Part shown: positions 17,201-24,419 of the stretch, in pieces
Layout: each line of letters begins with the position of its first letter
How positions within the stretch are numbered: the first letter of the stretch is position 1
Virus record (IMG/VR): IMGVR_UViG_3300043414_000604
Span: 1 to 24,419 of that record
Origin: a virus
Lineage: Duplodnaviria > Caudoviricetes
Length of the DNA stretch: 24,419 nt
Direction: 5' to 3' (one strand)
Translations under genes and position numbers: made by a program
Notes under the pieces: generated by a model
The model's database searches: none
What the model was told of the DNA's origin: nothing
What the model saw: only the letters and a program-made list of their open reading frames with translations

Positions 17201-18087
17201 TTGACGGCGTAATTTCAAGCCAAACTAACGTACGTGAATGGGCTTACCAACATGCGCCATATTTTATGCTGGATTTTGTAATCAAGGGCGGCAAAATTTC
17301 GCTTGCACCTTCCTATCCGATTGATCCCAATGCAAGCAACGGGTATGCCATTGATTATGCCCGCCAGCCAAGGATCAGTGCATTGTTTACCGATGGCAAT
17401 ATTATCGAAGACAGCCTGCAGGTTAATTGGTACTCAACTGAGCAACGGCTTGCACCGCAGGTGGTAGTGACGTACAGGCAGGAGATTGAAAACGGATTCG
17501 CCGAAACCCGCAGTGTGCTGGTGCGCCTAGTTACGTCAAGCGAAACTGCGCCAACGGAAGCCGTGGATTTTACTGGCTTCTGCACCAACATTGAACACGC
17601 CAAAACCTACGCCAAGCTGCTGATTCAAGTGCGGGCCAATACGACCCACACCGTCCAGTTCAAAACTTTGCCCGAGGCAGTTGCTCTAGAGCCCGGCGCC
17701 TACTTCAAGCTTTCTAGCGCTGCCAGACACGTAGCGTCATTCCAAAATGGTCACGTATTAAACGACGGCAAGGTGGTTACCACTACTAGCCTCGACAGCC
17801 AGACAGCAACTGTGTATTGGTGGCGGTCTGGCATGGCGGCTGTTGAGTCGGCCTCAATGACCGTCGATAGCAGCGGCATCGCGACCGATCCTAAATTTAG
17901 AGGTGCAGTTTTTACTGTTTACGATCCAGCCGACCAATACCCTCGCGTTTATAAGGTCGAATCCATCGCTTATGATGAAGACGGCCTATTGGACATCGGC
18001 GCTAGTCACGTCGGTACAAATGCCAGCGGCGCCATCTCTTACCTAGACTTGGACGACAATAAGTTTGTGATCGAGGTGCAATCATGA
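14194..18087 (+). CDS. Central tail tip / baseplate hub protein (gpI-like N-terminus plus gpJ-like body); start may be ATG 14230
   Basis: 1297 aa; ALAPKPK, GEVAPLVF, IDWDGF...FFDGVI, ALFTDGNIIEDSLQV, ALEPG motifs of gpJ-like tip proteins. Confidence 0.85.
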   Translation: MDPLQRSNPPRSMVPSRQYRGAVLPWEKQLMDALGMSPEEYAWYISEIANIRPERSAAYDHIPHVVCDPLTVSIVGTVVSTGLSFAAQALAPKPKIPRQDDPAGTAQNLEGTNVSSNRKFTNVDGFTSVQNVARLGEVAPLVFAKREQFNGKWLGGVRAETKLLWSQLLSQGDGQELVALFALNAMAMAKPDFEGLAIGDTLLKNYQEPKLCIFYRSGDGTQRLNSSTKIGGTLAPRSPSDIIVAEYANQGPQPIFSGTRTPTGSTEFGTYQPVRNGQDWRLPFKRVKVVFDYKNITADSQRSFALAELERAKIESYYGSFCGINAIDSTSYGGYQEVFQDLDGNEIEYTIYADQNETNFAEHGSADIINKRKTIGEQADNAFTVGETYSIGSAQGVCISTSTNAPYDGTFNKSYRFKITSRGQILALGIGKIVHPGIFRIMLGSSTAYPTISKLAIGSVTTTRAVDQVEIGIKSTVYKRFNGLVNFASIQSEATAEQIETGGGIVTYGTYTDYGFRYSFFHVEYRKSTGNSAWQRVSDQPFGTKGNNPVSQFNFIRLTFYAGADIYEVRFVPVSGGAFIRLHQYAYILDASNGSLQSFRSKDGGVNISYVGNPGTGIDAYAGTNKVMYWGGVSGPVQPTNNAVTAIAPDSLITSNPPAPGVYGTSGGDGSGLTIQIAHESIINSFSVTSITTGWRQRWLHMGVLGVELPSSAGQRTSRTLELRSSSGRYVRISIMLYSVGVNDPIYNADMITAGYSGYTYGWISEFQVNETIQPEGFDGGIYNGEEFYADMPNGWSGSPTRVGIRANTTETTIVKLFIQSKGNNYGYRKTFTVNGTSLPAIMISGLESTPGSAAVGRPVNIWDAVADVYLFSEEEGSHQDSPEHQIVYVNEQRRNSTTPLYNSLALAGMQLRSGKDWSSFSNFSYYAKMGRIIPLMVDSGGNSVNSPTDLGVTGASHLFPEILRNLLRSTVYGSGALVPEAMIDWDGFRAAAKACQANGWFFDGVISSQTNVREWAYQHAPYFMLDFVIKGGKISLAPSYPIDPNASNGYAIDYARQPRISALFTDGNIIEDSLQVNWYSTEQRLAPQVVVTYRQEIENGFAETRSVLVRLVTSSETAPTEAVDFTGFCTNIEHAKTYAKLLIQVRANTTHTVQFKTLPEAVALEPGAYFKLSSAARHVASFQNGHVLNDGKVVTTTSLDSQTATVYWWRSGMAAVESASMTVDSSGIATDPKFRGAVFTVYDPADQYPRVYKVESIAYDEDGLLDIGASHVGTNASGAISYLDLDDNKFVIEVQS

Positions 18088-18509
18088 GTCCGCAGGGGCC
18101 CGATTTCCCTAACTACGTGCCGAGCAGTCGGTCGTTGGCGATGGGCGATTTCCCCAGCAAGACTTTTACCTCGCAATCTGGCATCCAAGCCACGGTTCAA
18201 TACGGAAGCCGCCGCACCAACCAAACAATCGATCTAGCGTACAACAACACCACCGAAACTATTGCCGCTGCCATCTACGATCATTACCTGGCGTGTCGCG
18301 GCACCATTTATACGTTTGGCTTAACAGAAGCCGCTAAATCTGGCAATCCTACGTTCCACCTAGGCGATAGCAGCGCAAGTGCATCAAACCGCTACAGCGC
18401 TGCCCCATTTGGAATGAAGTATAAATACGCCGAAGCGCCACAGTTCAGCAGTATTAAGCCTGGCCGTATGTCGGTTACGGTAAAATTAATTGGGGTGCTT
18501 GACTCATGA
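18084..18509 (+). CDS. Distal tail protein (gpM/Dit-like)
   Basis: 141 aa; FTSQSG...IDLAYNN...IYDHYLACRGTIYTF...YKYAEAPQF...SVTVKL resembles gpM-like proteins; GAGGT RBS. Confidence 0.6.
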   Translation: MSPQGPDFPNYVPSSRSLAMGDFPSKTFTSQSGIQATVQYGSRRTNQTIDLAYNNTTETIAAAIYDHYLACRGTIYTFGLTEAAKSGNPTFHLGDSSASASNRYSAAPFGMKYKYAEAPQFSSIKPGRMSVTVKLIGVLDS

Positions 18510-18898
18510 CCTATTACAGCGGCAAAGACGGCACCTTGACCTATAACGGCAGCTCGGTCGCCAAGGTCTCAAACTGGAGTTTTTCCAGCAATGTTGACAC
18601 GCTAGAGACCACGGCGATCAGCGACACCGACCGTTCTTATGTGCCTGGGTTGCGGCAATTTGGTGGCAGTGCCACAATCTTTTACTACGACGATGCACCC
18701 AAGGCGTTACTAGAGCGAATTGTTAGCACCAATGCAGTTTCTGAATCTGCTGTCGCGATTAAGCTTGGTTGGAGCAATAAATACGTACAAGGCAATGTAA
18801 TTATTACTAGCGGCGAACTGAACTGCGCGGTTGGCGAGGTGATGCAAGCTACAATCCAGTTTCAATTTACCGGGGCATTGACTGGGGTAACGTTGTAA
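18506..18898 (+). CDS. Minor tail-tube-fold protein
   Basis: YSGKDG...VAKVSNWSFSSNVDTLETTAISDTDRSYVPGL...IITS...IQFQFTG is a single-domain tail tube signature. Confidence 0.75.
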   Translation: MTYYSGKDGTLTYNGSSVAKVSNWSFSSNVDTLETTAISDTDRSYVPGLRQFGGSATIFYYDDAPKALLERIVSTNAVSESAVAIKLGWSNKYVQGNVIITSGELNCAVGEVMQATIQFQFTGALTGVTL

Positions 18899-19806
18899 TG
18901 GCAATTTACCTTGGCACTGCAGGCTTAATTCAATTAACCAGAACCAGCATTGCCGATGGTCTAACGGCAACTGTAAATCCTTCCGATGTAAATACAACTA
19001 AATCACGATTTAGTTTTGAATTTCCAGTCGGCGCTTTGCTAACTGGCGATTATGTAACGTTTAAAACTACCGATGGAACTACCCTTGATTTTGTTGCCGC
19101 CGCTGGTTGGGCTAATGGCGTTCGACATATAGATGGCAATTGGTTTGTAAATGTTGACGACCTAGGCAGCATTAGATTGTATAACACTTTTGATAATGCC
19201 GTTGCAGGCGAAGCTACTGGCTTGATAGCGTTGTCTTCAATCGCAAGAAATATTCCAATTGCTGCCAGCGTATTAAATAAAATTCCTAGGGTTGTTGGCA
19301 ATCTTGAACGGTATGAAATATCAACGGATAGAGAAACAGTTGATACATCATCATTGGGCGATGAATTTCGTAATCATTATGGAACAATGATCACGGGCAG
19401 CGGCCAAATGTCTTGCATTTTTGATTATCGCTACAATCAAACATCTGCTTATCCAGGCGCCGCTGGCTATGTTGAACTTGCTTCTTATATGCATGCATTA
19501 ATTTTGCGTCAACGATTTGGCGCTGAATTTCAAGCTAAGTTATTTTTGATTTCTAATGGTAAAGGCCAAGGTACAGGCGCAAGTAACGACGAAGTATGGT
19601 TTGAAATTGATGGCATAATTACGCAAGCAAGCATTGCGTTTGATCCAGGGCAAATTGTAAGCTCTGTTTTTAATTTTATTTGCACCGGTGAAATTCGCCT
19701 CAGGGTTATCACCGACCCGCCGTCCTACCTACTGAAGGAGGACGGTGCTAAACTGAAACTTGAGGACGGTAACGGCGCCCTGCTGCTGGAGCAACAAAAT
19801 GGCTGA
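18898..19806 (+). CDS. Tail-tube-fold protein with inserted domain and C-terminal putative fibre-docking peptide
   Basis: Aligns by eye with the preceding ORF at both ends around a ~115 aa insertion; ends YLLKEDGAKLKLEDGNGALLLE. Confidence 0.65.
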   Translation: MAIYLGTAGLIQLTRTSIADGLTATVNPSDVNTTKSRFSFEFPVGALLTGDYVTFKTTDGTTLDFVAAAGWANGVRHIDGNWFVNVDDLGSIRLYNTFDNAVAGEATGLIALSSIARNIPIAASVLNKIPRVVGNLERYEISTDRETVDTSSLGDEFRNHYGTMITGSGQMSCIFDYRYNQTSAYPGAAGYVELASYMHALILRQRFGAEFQAKLFLISNGKGQGTGASNDEVWFEIDGIITQASIAFDPGQIVSSVFNFICTGEIRLRVITDPPSYLLKEDGAKLKLEDGNGALLLEQQNG

Positions 19807-22171
19807 TCTTCGGATTACAGAACTAGCAGCACTAGCTTCGGCTGATTTGGCCGCCACCGATCCGCTGGCAGTTGCTGACCTCAGCGCAAGCGAAACCAAG
19901 AAAATTACCGCCAAAGCTTTTACCCAGCAAGCCGTCACACTGATTGATGATGCTTCCATTCCTGTTGCCAAGGTCAACCTAAGCGGCATCAGCGGCACCA
20001 ACTTGAGCGATGGCACGGTAACTGCCACCAAACTCAACACCAGCAGCATTCCAGCCACCGGCGGTCTAGCTGTATCCAGCGGCAACCTAGGGCTAGTTGC
20101 GCCCACCAGCCCCATTGTTCGCAATGCTGGCACCGGGTCACTAGAACACGCTGCCAGTGGTGCAACTGCAGGCACATATACCAAGGTGACCGTGGATACC
20201 AAGGGTCACGTCACTGCTGGCACTACGCTTGCTGCGGCTGATATTCCACTGGCAACCTCGTCAGTGGTTGGCGGCATTTCAGTTGGCAGCGGTCTATCTG
20301 TTACCGGCGGCGGCGTATTAAACCACAGCAATTCCGTGAGCGCTGGCACTACTAGCGGCATCACCCGTGATGCACAGGGTCACATCACCGGCGCAGTTGC
20401 GTTGGTGTCGGCTGATCTACCTGTTGCTAGCGCTGGCGTACCAGGTGCTGTTAGCCCAGGCACCGGCACCTCAGTCAATGGCGCTGGTGCGCTAAGCGTT
20501 ACTGCCGCCACATCTAGCGCTCTAGGCGGCGTGATCGTCGGCGGTGATTTCGCCGTTAGCACCGGCACCATTTCGTTGGCGACCCAAGCTGGCCTCACCG
20601 CTGGCGCATACCCGAAAGTCACAGTAACAACCAAGGGCATCGTCACCGCAGGCGCCAATTTGGTAGCGTCTGATATTCCAAGCCTCGACACCAGCAAACT
20701 TACGACCGGAACGTTAAGCGCCAGTTTGTTTGGCACTAACTCAATTACTGGGCCTAAATTAGCCAATTACTCTACCATTCAATTTGGCGGCGCAGGCAGC
20801 ACCTCGGGTGTGGTTACGTTCCCGACGCCCGACTTTACAGGCCAAGGGTTTTTCGATAGCACTAACGGCGATTATTACATCTACGATGGTAATACCTGGC
20901 AACCATTGACGGTTATCAGTGGAAACCTTGTCTACGCTGGTACGTATAATGGCAACACAAATAGAGTTGCATCGGTAACAACTGCGGGCACTGCAGCCGG
21001 CCTAGTTGTCGGCAATGCGCTCCCCGCTGGTTCGGCAACGCTAAACCAGTATTACGTTGTTGTATCTGAATCAGGTAATGGCACGTCACCTGCACCGGTG
21101 GTAGCGCTTGCGCCGCCGGACATGATTATTTGTAACGGCGCAACCTGGGATCTAGTTGACGTTTCAAATGCTATTGCAGGCCAAACAGCAACTAACATTT
21201 CAGTTACACCCTATGGCAACATTGCCGCCACCAACGTTCAAACAGCGATCCAAGAGCTAGACGACGAAAAAATCGCCAAGACCGGCGGAGTTGTAACCGG
21301 TGAATTACTAATCGGCACTGCTGGTACGTTTGGTTTTGAAGGCAGCACCGCCAACGCATACGAAACCTATCTGTCGGTGGTCGATCCAACTGCTGACCGC
21401 ACCATCGTATTCCCGGATCAATCGGGCAACGTAATCGTCAGCGGTAATGCCTCCATCGTCAACGCTGACATCAACGCCAGCGCTGGGATTGTAGATACCA
21501 AGCTGGCCACCATCGCCACTGCAGGCAAAGTTAGCAACAGCGCTACCACTGCGGTTAGTACCAACACCGCATCGGCAATCGTATCCCGCGATTCATCAGG
21601 TAATTTCAGCGCTGGCACGATCACCGCAGCCCTGACTGGTACTGCCAGCAGCGCCACCGCCCTTGCAACAGCTCGCACCATTCAGGGCGTCAGTTTTGAC
21701 GGCAGCGCAAATATCACAGTCGCCACCGCTGGTAGTGGTATCAGCGTAACCGGCACTGCAATTGCCAACACCGGTGTTTTAAGTGTCAATGGCAACGCTG
21801 GCACCATCAGCAATGTGGCGGTTACTAATGCCGTCCAGTCATTCACCGTTGCCCAGCGTGGAACGATCACAGCATTGACCGATGGCGCAACCATCACGCC
21901 GGATTTTGCAGCAGCTAACAACTTCTCAGTCACCCTCGGCGGCAGCCGCACACTTGCCAACCCGACAAACCTAACGGCTGGGCAAAGCGGGACAATCGTA
22001 ATCACCCAAGATGGCACCGGCAGTCGTACTTTGGCATATGGTAGTTATTTCAAATTTGCGGGTGGTACGGCTCCAACGCTCACCACCACAGCCGCTGCAG
22101 TTGACGTGATCGCATATTACGTTGAATCTTCTACCCGTATCACCGCCCGTATTCTCAACGACGTAAAATGA
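19799..22171 (+). CDS. Lateral tail fibre (true start ATG 19799, 790 aa)
   Basis: GGAG RBS then MADLRITELAAL; G/A/T/S-rich with KVTVDTKGHVTAG-type fibre repeats; ATGGCTGA overlap with the previous gene. Confidence 0.9.
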   Translation: MADLRITELAALASADLAATDPLAVADLSASETKKITAKAFTQQAVTLIDDASIPVAKVNLSGISGTNLSDGTVTATKLNTSSIPATGGLAVSSGNLGLVAPTSPIVRNAGTGSLEHAASGATAGTYTKVTVDTKGHVTAGTTLAAADIPLATSSVVGGISVGSGLSVTGGGVLNHSNSVSAGTTSGITRDAQGHITGAVALVSADLPVASAGVPGAVSPGTGTSVNGAGALSVTAATSSALGGVIVGGDFAVSTGTISLATQAGLTAGAYPKVTVTTKGIVTAGANLVASDIPSLDTSKLTTGTLSASLFGTNSITGPKLANYSTIQFGGAGSTSGVVTFPTPDFTGQGFFDSTNGDYYIYDGNTWQPLTVISGNLVYAGTYNGNTNRVASVTTAGTAAGLVVGNALPAGSATLNQYYVVVSESGNGTSPAPVVALAPPDMIICNGATWDLVDVSNAIAGQTATNISVTPYGNIAATNVQTAIQELDDEKIAKTGGVVTGELLIGTAGTFGFEGSTANAYETYLSVVDPTADRTIVFPDQSGNVIVSGNASIVNADINASAGIVDTKLATIATAGKVSNSATTAVSTNTASAIVSRDSSGNFSAGTITAALTGTASSATALATARTIQGVSFDGSANITVATAGSGISVTGTAIANTGVLSVNGNAGTISNVAVTNAVQSFTVAQRGTITALTDGATITPDFAAANNFSVTLGGSRTLANPTNLTAGQSGTIVITQDGTGSRTLAYGSYFKFAGGTAPTLTTTAAAVDVIAYYVESSTRITARILNDVK
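20150..20700 (+). repeat. Protein-level fibre shaft repeats
   Basis: GTYTKVTVDTKGHVTAG / GITRDAQGHITGA / GAYPKVTVTTKGIVTAG alternating with ATSSVVGGISVGSGLSV / ASAGVPGAVSPGTGTSV / ATSSALGGVIVGGDFAV. Confidence 0.8.
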
Positions 22172-24419
22172 GCCCCATCCGTTCTTCTCTGCTTCTTGGC
22201 GCTGGTGATGCCGCCGCTGGTGGCTTCCAGGTGAGTAGATCTTTGAGATTCGATTCCAGTTCAACAAGTTATTTAAGTCGGACCCCGAGTGTTGCGTCCA
22301 ACCGCAAGACTTGGACCTGGAGCGGGTGGGTAAAGCGGAGCGTTCTTGACTCCGCCACTTTTGATACTTTTTTTGCGTGTAGAATTGACGGCGGCAATTA
22401 TACAGGTCTTATTGGCTATAGAAACAGTGCTAATGATATTGGATTAGTTGATTATTCAGGGGGAGTTTCAAGAATTAGTGTAGTTACCACTCAAGTTTTT
22501 AGAGATACAAGTGCATGGTTTCACTTGTTATGCGCTGTTGACACAACTGCTGCAACGTCTACAGATCGAGTTAAAATATATGTCAATGGTGTGTTGGTCA
22601 CCGCCTTATCGTCGTCTACATATCCCAGCCAAAACATTGATACTAACATTAATACAACTAACTCCCATCGTATTGGTGAATATGCTGGTTATTATTCCAA
22701 TAGTTATTTAGCAAACGTCCAACTGATTGATGGCCAGCAATTAACCCCATCGAGCTTCACAGAAGTCAGTGCCACTACTGGGCAGCTAATTCCTAAGGCT
22801 TATACCGGTACTTATGGCCAAGTATCGGTTGCTGCCGCCACCGGTGGTCTGCCGATTTGGAATACTACTGATACTTACGGTGCCGCTAAAGGGTCTGGCA
22901 CTCGTACTGATGCAAGTAGTTCGTCGATTGTGTTGGCCTTGCCAATGGATGGCACTAATGGTGGCACATCATTTGGTGATCAAAGCGCGACGATCAAAGG
23001 AAGTGGCAGTGCTAAGACTGTAACTGTTAATGGAAACACAAATACCAGCACAGCGCAAAGTAAGTTCTACGGGAGCAGCGCATATTTCGATGGAGCCGGA
23101 GATTACCTAACCCTTGGCTCAAGTGCTGATTTTGCCTTTGGTACAGGTGACTTTACAATTGAAGCGTTTGTCTACCGACCGTCAGGTGGCGGGCTTCAAA
23201 TCTTTGATCATTTGATGGGAACAGGCAACTTTACGATATTCTCGTACTCTAACCAAGCGATTACAGTTTATAGCAATGCCGCTTATTCTTCCGGAGTAAA
23301 TCCTGGCAATGATAGGTGGTTCCATTTGGCAGTTGTAAGAAGCTCAGGTGTTCTTAGCTTTTTCATTGACGGCGTTAAGGCAGCAAATACATATTCCTTT
23401 ACCCTGAATATGACTACTGCTGGCGTCAATATCGGTTCGTCTCAGTATTCCGAATACGGTACTCAGTATTTGCAAGATCTACGGGTTTACAAAGGACTTG
23501 CAAAATACACAACAAATTTCTCACCCGTAACAATAAGTAATTCCTTCTACCTACAGTTTGCCGACAACAGTAGTAACACTGCCAGCACATTAGGGAAGGA
23601 CACTTCTGGCAACAGTAATAACTGGACGCCGAATAACTTATCCGTTACTGCTGGTGCTGGGAACGATTCCCTCGTAGACACCCCGACTAGTTATGGGACC
23701 GATACAGGCGTGGGTGGGGAGGTGCGGGGAAATTATGCGACGTTGAATCCGCTGTCAAAGTCTTCAGTTCATACGTTAAGTGATGGAAATTTAACAATAA
23801 CCGGAATTAGCCCATATGGCAGCACTTTTGCCACTATCGGAATGTCGAGTGGTAAATGGTACTGGGAGCAAACTCTGGCAGCGACTACGGGCACAAACGA
23901 TATTCAAATTGGTATGGGCAATAAGGATACGGACGCATTAAATTATCCAGGAGCAACTTCTAGGAGCTACGGATTTTCCTCAGGTAATTTAAAGTGGAAT
24001 AACGGCGGAGCCACTGCTTATACTACTTCTTGGACAAGTGGAGATGTTATTGGGCTAGCGTTTAATGCAGACACTGGGTCGCTAACTCTTTACAAAAATG
24101 GCGCCAGTTTAGGCGTAGCTTTTAGCAGCATACCGGCTGATACGTATTTTCCAATCGCTGGAGCATATAACTCCAGCAGCGTAAGCTACTTAAACTTCGG
24201 CCAACGCGCATTTGCCTACACAGCCCCCAGCGGCTTCAAGGCACTGTGCGATACCAACCTCGGCGCCCCAGTAGTCGCCAAGCCTAATACCCTGATGGAT
24301 GTGAAGCTGTGGACTGGTACTGGAGCAACACAATCAATCACTGGAGTTGGATTCAATCCAGACTTTTTATGGATTAAGTCTCGTAGTGGTTCTGGGTACA
24401 ACCATCATGTTTACGATTC
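22168..24419 (+). CDS. LamG/concanavalin A-like plus SPRY adhesin, 3'-truncated by the window (not in ORF track)
   Basis: ATGA overlap with fibre stop; I translated 750 codons with no stop: SRSLRFDS...TWTWSGWVKR...RVKIYVNG (LamG), GTGDFTIEAFVY...WFHLAVVR (LamG), GKWYWE...GDVIGLAFN...YKNG...NFGQ (SPRY). Confidence 0.92.
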   Translation, partial: MSPIRSSLLLGAGDAAAGGFQVSRSLRFDSSSTSYLSRTPSVASNRKTWTWSGWVKRSVLDSATFDTFFACRIDGGNYTGLIGYRNSANDIGLVDYSGGVSRISVVTTQVFRDTSAWFHLLCAVDTTAATSTDRVKIYVNGVLVTALSSSTYPSQNIDTNINTTNSHRIGEYAGYYSNSYLANVQLIDGQQLTPSSFTEVSATTGQLIPKAYTGTYGQVSVAAATGGLPIWNTTDTYGAAKGSGTRTDASSSSIVLALPMDGTNGGTSFGDQSATIKGSGSAKTVTVNGNTNTSTAQSKFYGSSAYFDGAGDYLTLGSSADFAFGTGDFTIEAFVYRPSGGGLQIFDHLMGTGNFTIFSYSNQAITVYSNAAYSSGVNPGNDRWFHLAVVRSSGVLSFFIDGVKAANTYSFTLNMTTAGVNIGSSQYSEYGTQYLQDLRVYKGLAKYTTNFSPVTISNSFYLQFADNSSNTASTLGKDTSGNSNNWTPNNLSVTAGAGNDSLVDTPTSYGTDTGVGGEVRGNYATLNPLSKSSVHTLSDGNLTITGISPYGSTFATIGMSSGKWYWEQTLAATTGTNDIQIGMGNKDTDALNYPGATSRSYGFSSGNLKWNNGGATAYTTSWTSGDVIGLAFNADTGSLTLYKNGASLGVAFSSIPADTYFPIAGAYNSSSVSYLNFGQRAFAYTAPSGFKALCDTNLGAPVVAKPNTLMDVKLWTGTGATQSITGVGFNPDFLWIKSRSGSGYNHHVYD

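Larger units (their letters stand above)
1..24419 (+). mobile_element. Siphovirus-type phage/prophage head-tail morphogenesis module (lambdoid packaging, HK97-fold capsid)
   Basis: Contiguous co-oriented, overlapping genes in terminase-portal-capsid-neck-tail-fibre order. No sheath gene. No host genes or att site visible, so free phage vs prophage cannot be decided. Confidence 0.97.

Noticed and set aside
19760-19798. Track start for the fibre at TTG 19760
   Set aside because: ATG 19799 has a GGAG RBS, a typical fibre N-terminus and the same 8-nt overlap as terS/terL.
23695-23729. G-run cluster that could form a G-quadruplex
   Set aside because: Long first loop and explained by GVGGEVRG codons; no independent support.
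1092-24401. Many short alternative-frame and minus-strand ORFs in the track (e.g. 5428-5913, 9512-9943, 19729-20202, 20380-20766)
   Set aside because: They lie within well-supported + strand genes, have no recognisable motifs, and are the shadow ORFs expected from biased codon usage.

Overview
The whole window is one + strand virion morphogenesis operon of a long-tailed (siphovirus-type) phage or prophage. Gene order: terminase small and large (lambda Nu1/gpA type), gpW-like adaptor, lambda-family portal, a fused [unknown N-domain]-prohead protease-HK97 capsid gene, small head proteins, gpFII-like closure protein, an inserted Mtd_N/C1q-like spike gene, gpU-like terminator, internally duplicated major tail tube protein, G/GT chaperones with a clear -1 frameshift, tape measure protein, gpL-like, NlpC/P60, gpI/J-like hub, a displaced gpM-like protein, two extra tail-tube paralogues, a tail fibre, and a LamG/SPRY adhesin running off the right edge. 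Two likely real ORFs are missing from the supplied track (8456-8623 and 22168->24419). The protein styles resemble picocyanobacterial (Synechococcus/Cyanobium) siphoviruses, but that is recollection, not a search result. I see no integrase, lysis, tRNA, CRISPR, reverse transcriptase or defence genes, and no clear-cut new enzymatic system. The best candidates for something undescribed are the back-to-back promoter pair sharing one -35 position, the three-tube-paralogue tail tip, the tripartite capsid polyprotein with a probable internal start, and the nested modular adhesin. All family assignments are by motif recognition only.
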